Below are positions 18,422 to 24,000 of a stretch of DNA of 24,000 nucleotides, in pieces. This DNA is from an uncultured archaeon (GTDB taxonomy: Archaea > Aenigmatarchaeota > Aenigmatarchaeia > QMZP01 > QMZT01). The translations under genes and the position numbers were made by a program. How positions within the stretch are numbered: position 1 is the stretch's first letter; each line of letters begins with the position of its first letter. Location of the stretch: contig CBEVTC010000002.1 in assembly GCA_965552715.1 (NCBI GenBank), forward strand, positions 11,927-35,926, in the 5' to 3' direction. The notes below the pieces were generated by a model. The model searched no databases. It saw only the letters and a program-made list of their open reading frames with translations, and was not told the origin of the DNA.

Positions 18422-19743
18422 AACTCCTCCACCTCCATAACATCTTCAAACATCACGAAACTTGTATCATAATCACTCTTCTGTTTGTATTCGCTTTCCA
18501 TGCTGTATTCGCTAGTAACGTGGTAGTCGGAAAGGGAAACGGTCTCTTCTTTCTTCTTTTTGTACTTTTCCTTGGTTTCCACTTCCTCTGATACGCCCGA
18601 CTTGCTGACTTCGAGTTTAAATGAATCAAAAGGTGGCGGGAGAGGCGAGATGGTAAGAGTGGAAGTTGCAAACCTCCATTTTTCTTCACCAGTATCAGCG
18701 TCCAGGGCGTACAAATGGCAGTCCATTGAATTGAAGAATATGGTGTCGTTGAAGACAACCGCAGAGGTGTAGATACAGAAAGATGCTCTATACCTCCAGA
18801 TTTCCTTACCATCAAAATCCAGGCAGTAGAAGTTCCCGTCGCCCGCTCCGAAGTAAATCCTGTTCTTGTATAAGAGGGGTATCGCATCTATTGGTTCGTC
18901 CCTTTCTGTCCTGAACCTCCATATCTCCTTTCCTGTCTTATCATCAACAGCATAAAATATACCGTCTCTTGAACCGTGGTAGATAACGCCGTTGTAAAAG
19001 ACAGGGCTTCCTGCATTTCCGTATTTACCAGTTTTAAATCTCCAGATTTCTTTTCCTGCTTCAATATCAACACAGTAAAGGTAACTGTCAAAGGACGTGA
19101 AATATATTTTCCCTTCCCTCGCTAGGAAAGACCTGTCGTTGTGTATCTCTCCGCCAGTCTTGAACCTCCAAATTTCTTTTCCTGTTTTCTTGTCCAAACA
19201 GTAAAAGTTCTTATCGAAAGAACCGTTGAATATCATATTCTTGTGTACTGTAGGGGCAGAAGCTATCTCGTCTCCTGTTCTGAACCTCCAAATCTCTTTG
19301 CCTGTTTTTGAATCAATGGCGTAAAGGTAACCGTCTCTAGACCCCACGTAAACTATACCCTCTGAAACAACGGGTGAAGCATCTATCTTCCCCCCTGCCC
19401 TGAACGACCATTTGAATTCACCTGTCTTTGCATCAAGAGAATAAATATTGTGGTCAAAAGACCCGATGTAAAGAATGCCTTCTGAAACGGCAGGCGTGCT
19501 TTCACAGATACCATCTCCTGTCCTGAATTTCCACAACTCCTTTCCCGTTAAAGCGTCAACAGCATAAACATAATTATCCATTGCACCGAAATATATTACT
19601 CCATCTACAAGAGTGGGACCATTGTTTATACTTCCTCCGAATCCGACCTCCCACATACGGTCGAACTTCTTTGTTCTCCTGACTTCCAAATCCTCTAATT
19701 CGACATTAAAGTCCGAGAATGCGGTTTCAAATCCGATATCCAT
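18370..19743 (-). CDS. PQQ-like 8-bladed beta-propeller repeat protein, array copy 6
   Basis: 457 aa. Eight blades. N-terminus MDIGFETAF, tail SLSDYHVTSEYSMESEYKQKSDYD. Confidence 0.85.
   Translation of the reverse strand: MDIGFETAFSDFNVELEDLEVRRTKKFDRMWEVGFGGSINNGPTLVDGVIYFGAMDNYVYAVDALTGKELWKFRTGDGICESTPAVSEGILYIGSFDHNIYSLDAKTGEFKWSFRAGGKIDASPVVSEGIVYVGSRDGYLYAIDSKTGKEIWRFRTGDEIASAPTVHKNMIFNGSFDKNFYCLDKKTGKEIWRFKTGGEIHNDRSFLAREGKIYFTSFDSYLYCVDIEAGKEIWRFKTGKYGNAGSPVFYNGVIYHGSRDGIFYAVDDKTGKEIWRFRTERDEPIDAIPLLYKNRIYFGAGDGNFYCLDFDGKEIWRYRASFCIYTSAVVFNDTIFFNSMDCHLYALDADTGEEKWRFATSTLTISPLPPPFDSFKLEVSKSGVSEEVETKEKYKKKKEETVSLSDYHVTSEYSMESEYKQKSDYDTSFVMFEDVMEVEELWSLVSKELDRLNLRQR
18424..18436 (-). 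promoter_or_regulatory. Embedded Shine-Dalgarno (GGAGGTGGAGGAG) for copy 5
   Basis: Double GGAGG motif 2-9 nt upstream of ATG 18421, inside copy 6. Confidence 0.55.
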
Positions 19744-21053
19744 ATTCTCTCCTCCTCCATTACTCCTTCAAATGCAACCCATTGCGTACCATAATCGGTA
19801 TCAGCCTTGTAATCGCTCGTCGCAGAATATTCGCTCTCGATGTGATAATCGGTTAGCGAAACCGTCTTCTGCTTTTTCGATTTATACTTGCTCTCGGAAA
19901 CCTCGTCCTCTACACGGGCCTCTTTCTTAAGTTCCATTGAGAATTCATCATGAGGCGGGGGAGCTTTCGAAGGTGTCTGAGAACTCGTTCCGACTCTCCA
20001 TATCTCTTTTTGTGTGTTCATGTCTATTGCATAAAAATGGCAGTCCATTGAACCTACCAGAATCATGTTTTTATAAATACTTGGAAAGTCATAAGAACCG
20101 CCCTCACCAAACCTGAATCTCCACAACTCTTTGCCTTCGATTGAAAGAACATACAGATTTCCATCTTCTGAAGTGAAGTAAATTTTCTCTTCATGTATTA
20201 TTACGCTAATAATCAGACCGCCTGCCCTGAATCTCCACCTCTCTTTACCTTCAAGTGAAACGGCAAAAACTATCCCCTCTCTTGAAGGGAAAAACAGTGT
20301 ATCTCCATAAATGGAAGGAGGCCCGTCAACGCCATACTTTCCTGCTTTGAATCTCCAGATTTCCTTTCCTGTTTCGACATCCAATGCGTACAAATAATTA
20401 TCAAATGAACCGAAATATACGATATTTTCATGGACGGGACAGGGTCTGTCATGAATGATTTCCCCTCCTACTTTAAACCTCCATAATTCATTTCCACTGT
20501 TCTTGTCAACACAGTAAAAATATCCGTCGAAACCTCCGAAAAGAATTCTGTTTCTATAATCTGTGACACCGCAAGCAACCTCATCTCCGGTCTTGAATCT
20601 CCATTTCAGTATACCATCCAATCCAATTGAATAAACATATCCATCTTTGGAACCAACATACACTCCATCCTCTTTTAGTGTGGGACCCACGGATATTGGT
20701 CCGCCTGTCTTGTATCTCCACAATTCCTTGCCAGTTCGCGTATCAATCAGATAAAGAAAAGCATCAAAACTTCCCACCGCTATCATGCCATTTACAACAG
20801 ACGAAGGCGTTCCGAATACACCTCCACCTGTCCTGAATCTCCACATCGTTTTTCCAGTGTCTACATCGACAGCATACAAATAATTGTCCATTGAACCGAA
20901 ATATGCGATATTCTTATCTAATACATGAAAGGTTACACTCCCGCCTTTACTCCACTTCCAAATTCTATCGAACTTCTTTGTTCTCTTAACTTCAAGTTCC
21001 TCAACATCTACATCAAGGTCTGAGGTTTCAAATCCCTCGAATCCGAAGTCCAT
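19695..21053 (-). CDS. PQQ-like 8-bladed beta-propeller repeat protein, array copy 7
   Basis: 452 aa. Eight blades. N-terminus MDFGFEGFE, tail SLTDYHIESEYSATSDYKADTDYG. Confidence 0.85.
   Translation of the reverse strand: MDFGFEGFETSDLDVDVEELEVKRTKKFDRIWKWSKGGSVTFHVLDKNIAYFGSMDNYLYAVDVDTGKTMWRFRTGGGVFGTPSSVVNGMIAVGSFDAFLYLIDTRTGKELWRYKTGGPISVGPTLKEDGVYVGSKDGYVYSIGLDGILKWRFKTGDEVACGVTDYRNRILFGGFDGYFYCVDKNSGNELWRFKVGGEIIHDRPCPVHENIVYFGSFDNYLYALDVETGKEIWRFKAGKYGVDGPPSIYGDTLFFPSREGIVFAVSLEGKERWRFRAGGLIISVIIHEEKIYFTSEDGNLYVLSIEGKELWRFRFGEGGSYDFPSIYKNMILVGSMDCHFYAIDMNTQKEIWRVGTSSQTPSKAPPPHDEFSMELKKEARVEDEVSESKYKSKKQKTVSLTDYHIESEYSATSDYKADTDYGTQWVAFEGVMEEERIWISDLKPHSRTLMSN
19751..19758 (-). promoter_or_regulatory. 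Embedded Shine-Dalgarno (GGAGGAGG) for copy 6
   Basis: 7 nt upstream of ATG 19743, inside copy 7. Confidence 0.55.
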
Positions 21054-22372
21054 ATTCCATCAACCTCCAAATTTCCTTCGAACATAATGAAGCTCGTGTC
21101 GTAGTCTGATTTCTGTTTGTACTCCGATTCACTAGAATACTCGCTTTCGATTTGGTAGTCGGAAAGGGAAACGGTCTCTTCTTTCTTCTTTTTGTATCTG
21201 CTCTTTTCAGCAGCTTCTTCCATCCCAGTTTCCTTTTTTATCTCTGCCTCAAAGCACTCGTAAGCAGGTGGTAAAGGTGCGGGTGTTAATGTACTCGTTG
21301 GGGTATTCCAGATTTCCTTTCCTGTGTCAGGGTCTATTGCATACAAATGACAATCCCAGGAACCGAAGTACAATACACCATCTATTTCCAAAACAGAAGT
21401 ATAAACGCTTCCGCCTGTCCTGAATCTCCACAGTTCATTGCCGTTCAAATCCAAACAGTAAACATTGCTGTCTCCTGAACCAAAATATACCTTGTCTTTG
21501 AAAACCAACGGATACTTATCAGTAGCATCACCGCCTGTCCTGAATCTCCACAATTCCTTGCCGTTCAAGGAAATGGCGTAAAGTATCCCGTCCCTGCTTG
21601 TGTAGTATACAACATCGTTGTATACCGAAGCCGTGCCGCAGTTTCCATACTTACCTGTCCTGAATCTCCACAGCTCCTTTCCTGATTGAAGGTCAACAGC
21701 GTACAGGAAGTTATCGAAAGATGCAAAGTAAACTACGCCCTTGTGAACTGCAATGGTGTAATCATTTTCTATCTCCCCTCCAGTCCGGAATCTCCATATT
21801 TCCTTACCAGTTTCCACATCAAGACAATATAAATTCTTGTCAAAAGACCCGAAAACTATTCTTCCTTCAACTACATTCGGGGAAGAAACAACTTCGTCAC
21901 CAGTTCTGAATCTCCACAGTTCCTGACCAGTTAAACTGTTAACCGCATAAAGGTAACCATCTTTTGAACCGAAATACAAGATGTTTTTGTCGATAAATCC
22001 TGTTGTGTTTATCTCCCCTCCGGTCTTGAAACGCCAGGCCTCTTCACCTCTTTTCGAGTCTATTGCATACATGTTTCCATCAAACGTTCCTATGTACACT
22101 ATGGAGTTAGCTGCAGCAGGAGAGGAGTCGAGTATCTTCCCTCCTGTGTTGAACTTCCACAAAATTTTACCCATTTTGGGGTCTACCGCGTAAACATAAT
22201 GATCCATCGCACCAAAATACAGAATTCCTTCATAGTACAGCGGTCTTCCACACACACTCCCGCCAAATCCACATTTCCAAATCCTGTCGTATTTCTTCTT
22301 CTTTTTAACACTAACATCTTCCACATCTACATCAAAGTCTGTGGCTTCAAAACTTTCGAATCCGATATCCAT
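21008..22372 (-). CDS. PQQ-like 8-bladed beta-propeller repeat protein, array copy 8
   Basis: 454 aa. Eight blades. N-terminus MDIGFESFE, tail SLSDYQIESEYSSESEYKQKSDYD. Confidence 0.85.
   Translation of the reverse strand: MDIGFESFEATDFDVDVEDVSVKKKKKYDRIWKCGFGGSVCGRPLYYEGILYFGAMDHYVYAVDPKMGKILWKFNTGGKILDSSPAAANSIVYIGTFDGNMYAIDSKRGEEAWRFKTGGEINTTGFIDKNILYFGSKDGYLYAVNSLTGQELWRFRTGDEVVSSPNVVEGRIVFGSFDKNLYCLDVETGKEIWRFRTGGEIENDYTIAVHKGVVYFASFDNFLYAVDLQSGKELWRFRTGKYGNCGTASVYNDVVYYTSRDGILYAISLNGKELWRFRTGGDATDKYPLVFKDKVYFGSGDSNVYCLDLNGNELWRFRTGGSVYTSVLEIDGVLYFGSWDCHLYAIDPDTGKEIWNTPTSTLTPAPLPPAYECFEAEIKKETGMEEAAEKSRYKKKKEETVSLSDYQIESEYSSESEYKQKSDYDTSFIMFEGNLEVDGIWTSDSRDLKPQTLM
21063..21068 (-). promoter_or_regulatory. 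Embedded Shine-Dalgarno (GGAGGT) for copy 7
   Basis: 9 nt upstream of ATG 21053, inside copy 8. Confidence 0.55.
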
Positions 22373-23688
22373 ATTCCGTCAACCTCCATATTTCCTTCGA
22401 ACATAACGAAGCTCGTGTCGTAATCGCTTTTCTGCTTGTACTCGCTTTCGCTTGAATATTCGCTAGTAACGTGATAATCTGAGAGGGATACGGTTTCTTC
22501 TTTCTTTTTAGATTTATATTTTTCCTCGCTTACAGCATCCTCTATGTGTGTTTCCCTCTTCAGCTCTGCCCTGAAATTGCAATGCGGGGGTGGTTCGTAA
22601 GATTGTTTCAGGGTGTTTGTGGCGAACCTCCAGACCTCTTTTCCTGTCTCAGCATTAATGGCGTAGATATGGCAGTCCCATGAACCGAAGTATATCACGT
22701 TGTCATGGAGAACAGGGGAACTGTAAATGTATCCGCCTGTTTTGAACCTCCATGTCTCTTTCCCGTCCAAAGTTAAACAATACATATTGAAATCCTCTGT
22801 TCCGAAGTAAACCCTGTCCTTGCAAATCAAAGGCCTCTGGCTCAGGGTTTCTCCCGTCACGAATCTCCACAGCTCTTTCCCTTCCATCGAAAGGCAGTAA
22901 AATGTTCCGCCTCTCTCTCCGTGATAGATTCTGTTGCCGTGTATTACGGGCATGCCCGCGTTGCCGAATTTCCCAGTCCTGAACTTCCAGATTACCTTTC
23001 TGGTGTTTATGTCCAGTGCGTAAAGATAATTGTCGAATGAAGCGAAATAGAGGATTCCGTCCTTCATGAGTGGTGGATAATGCCAGAATAGTTCTCCTCC
23101 TGTCTTGAACCTCCATATCTCCTTCCCTGTCTCCGCGTCCAGAACGTAAACATTCTCGTCATAAGACCCTATGTAAACCCTTCCTTCGTGAACCAGCGGA
23201 GCGGCGTTAATCTCATCGCCCGTAAGGAACCTCCAGATTTCCTCCCCATTATCGGCTCTTACAGCGTAAACATTCATGTCAGTGGAGCCGAAGTAAACCA
23301 CGTCGTCTTTGTAGTAGGGACTACCGAATATCTTCCCACCAGTCTTGAACCTCCACAAAAGGTTTCCGGTTTTCAAATCAAGCGCGTAGATGTAACCGTC
23401 ATAGGATGTGGTGAAAATCCTCTCCCCGTCGCTACAGGGGGTGGACATTATGATTCCACCTGTCTTGTATTTCCACACAACTTCGCCTGTTTTTGAATCG
23501 AGGGCGTAAAAATAATGGTCACATGACCCGAAATGAGCAATACCGTTAATTATTATAGGGGTGGATTGAACGCTTCCTCCTTCGCCTACTCCAAGCATCC
23601 TGTCAAATTTCTTGAACTTGACTATCCTGACATCCTCTATTTCTGTCTCAAAATCAGAGGACTCGAAACCTTCAAATCCGATATCCAT
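22327..23688 (-). CDS. PQQ-like 8-bladed beta-propeller repeat protein, array copy 9
   Basis: 453 aa. Eight blades. N-terminus MDIGFEGFE, tail SLSDYHVTSEYSSESEYKQKSDYD. Confidence 0.85.
   Translation of the reverse strand: MDIGFEGFESSDFETEIEDVRIVKFKKFDRMLGVGEGGSVQSTPIIINGIAHFGSCDHYFYALDSKTGEVVWKYKTGGIIMSTPCSDGERIFTTSYDGYIYALDLKTGNLLWRFKTGGKIFGSPYYKDDVVYFGSTDMNVYAVRADNGEEIWRFLTGDEINAAPLVHEGRVYIGSYDENVYVLDAETGKEIWRFKTGGELFWHYPPLMKDGILYFASFDNYLYALDINTRKVIWKFRTGKFGNAGMPVIHGNRIYHGERGGTFYCLSMEGKELWRFVTGETLSQRPLICKDRVYFGTEDFNMYCLTLDGKETWRFKTGGYIYSSPVLHDNVIYFGSWDCHIYAINAETGKEVWRFATNTLKQSYEPPPHCNFRAELKRETHIEDAVSEEKYKSKKKEETVSLSDYHVTSEYSSESEYKQKSDYDTSFVMFEGNMEVDGIWISDSKVLKPQTLM
22382..22387 (-). promoter_or_regulatory. 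Embedded Shine-Dalgarno (GGAGGT) for copy 8
   Basis: 9 nt upstream of ATG 22372, inside copy 9. Confidence 0.55.
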
Positions 23689-24000
23689 ACTATTTCAACC
23701 TCCATATTTCCTTCGAATATAACGAAGCTCGTGTCGTAATCGCTTTTCTGCTTGTACTCGGATTTAGTCGAATATTCGCTTGTGACGTGGTAGTCGCTAA
23801 GGGAAACTGTTTTCTCTTTTTTCTCTTTGTATTTCTCCTCACTTATTGGTTCCTCTATACGAGTATCCTTCTTAACTTCCGCCTCGAAAACCTCATGAAC
23901 CGGTGGTATTTCAGATTGAACCATGCTTGAAGTAGGGGTCCTCCAAACCTCCTTTCGAGATTCGATGTCAACACAGTAAAGATAACAGTCCCAGCTACCG
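23637..24000 (-). CDS. PQQ-like beta-propeller repeat protein, array copy 10, C-terminal part only (5' end beyond the window)
   Basis: The ORF track lists 23637-23924 from an internal Met. The same frame stays open to 24000 and reads GSWDCYLYCVDIESRKEVWRTPTSS, which is blade 8 of the family. The standard charged linker and the tail SLSDYHVTSEYSTKSEYKQKSDYD follow. Confidence 0.8.
   Translation of the reverse strand, partial: GSWDCYLYCVDIESRKEVWRTPTSSMVQSEIPPVHEVFEAEVKKDTRIEEPISEEKYKEKKEKTVSLSDYHVTSEYSTKSEYKQKSDYDTSFVIFEGNMEVEIVWISDLKVSSPLILRQK
23698..23703 (-). promoter_or_regulatory. Embedded Shine-Dalgarno (GGAGGT) for copy 9
   Basis: 9 nt upstream of ATG 23688, inside copy 10. Confidence 0.55.

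Larger units (their letters stand above)
11799..24000 (-). repeat. Gene-scale tandem array: at least 10 head-to-tail units of 1310-1325 bp, each one propeller gene; continues past the window end
   Basis: Start-to-start spacings are 1325, 1313, 1316, 1319, 1322, 1310, 1319 and 1316 nt. All units encode colinear paralogs. Confidence 0.9.

Noticed and set aside
22411-22482. The Tyr/Glu-rich tail as a PqqA-like precursor peptide for PQQ biosynthesis
   Set aside because: PqqA requires Glu and Tyr in an E-x-x-x-Y arrangement, and the hexads here give S-[DE]-Y with different spacing. No pqqB-E genes are present in the window, and PQQ-like propeller repeats generally do not imply PQQ use.
13097-23688. 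Programmed -1 ribosomal frameshifting that would fuse successive propellers into a giant polyprotein
   Set aside because: Each downstream gene is in the -1 frame, but that frame carries a stop 3-9 codons upstream of every ATG I checked (for example ggt TGA aat agt ATG). I found no canonical X-XXY-YYZ slippery heptamer within the 46-52-nt overlaps. Each ATG also has its own strong SD. Independent coupled initiation is the simpler explanation, and only proteomics could fully exclude fusion products.
11799-23688. Annotation of the array genes as genuine PQQ-dependent dehydrogenases
   Set aside because: They are ~450 aa rather than ~550-700 aa. They lack signal peptides, the extra insertions and the catalytic or Ca-binding features I would expect. 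Only the generic repeat (A-x-D-x-x-T-G-K-x-x-W) is shared, so a BamB-like non-catalytic propeller is the safer description.
11799-24000. A ~120-nt periodic DNA motif on the plus strand (CCTGT[CT]TTGAA[CT]CTCCA[GTA]AT...) that could be mistaken for a CRISPR or satellite array
   Set aside because: The motif is the reverse complement of the codons for [IV]-W-R-F-K-T-G at the end of each propeller blade. The intervening 'spacers' are coding and in frame, the repeats are imperfect, and there is no leader or cas context.
11799-24000. Many internal GGAGG motifs inside the propeller genes as additional ribosome-binding sites or internal starts
   Set aside because: They arise from Trp-Arg codons (TGG AGG) of the W-R-F blade motif. 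They are not followed by conserved in-frame start codons, unlike the junction SDs.
11799-24000. The array as a mobile element, genomic island or defence island
   Set aside because: There is no integrase, transposase, terminal inverted or direct repeats, flanking tRNA gene or known defence gene in the window. The array abuts core genes (aRF1) with an ordinary terminator and promoter junction. A compositional difference from the left half was only a visual impression and was not quantified.

Overview
This is an archaeal chromosomal window, identified from aRF1, archaeal-type S13/S4/S11/L3, the PyrD-1B/PyrK pair, TTTAWATA-type TATA boxes and apparently leaderless starts. All protein identities come from motifs I recognise in the translations; no database search was possible.

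Positions 1-11.8 kb are housekeeping:
- A partial secreted surface-repeat protein on the minus strand, absent from the ORF track.
- A fully colinear, translationally coupled pyrimidine operon, pyrB-pyrI-pyrD-pyrK-pyrC-pyrE-[LOG/TIGR00725-like]-pyrF.
- A non-canonical ribosomal mini-cluster, S13-S4-S11-L3.
- A PAP2 membrane phosphatase.
- An aRF1 release factor whose stop-codon-reading motifs are intact but whose catalytic GGQ reads GGW.

Positions 11.8-24 kb and beyond hold the main item. It is a head-to-tail minus-strand array of at least ten paralogous ~450-aa genes.
- Each gene encodes an 8-bladed PQQ-like beta-propeller with no signal peptide.
- Each has a conserved acidic N-terminal motif (MD[FI]GFEGFE) and a conserved C-terminal tail of four S-[DE]-Y hexads.
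- Each start lies 46-52 nt inside the previous gene, in the -1 frame, behind an embedded GGAGG ribosome-binding site.
- Adjacent copies show concerted evolution, including a 131-nt perfect repeat.

I cannot assign this array to any characterised system. No rRNA, tRNA, CRISPR or mobile-element genes were seen.
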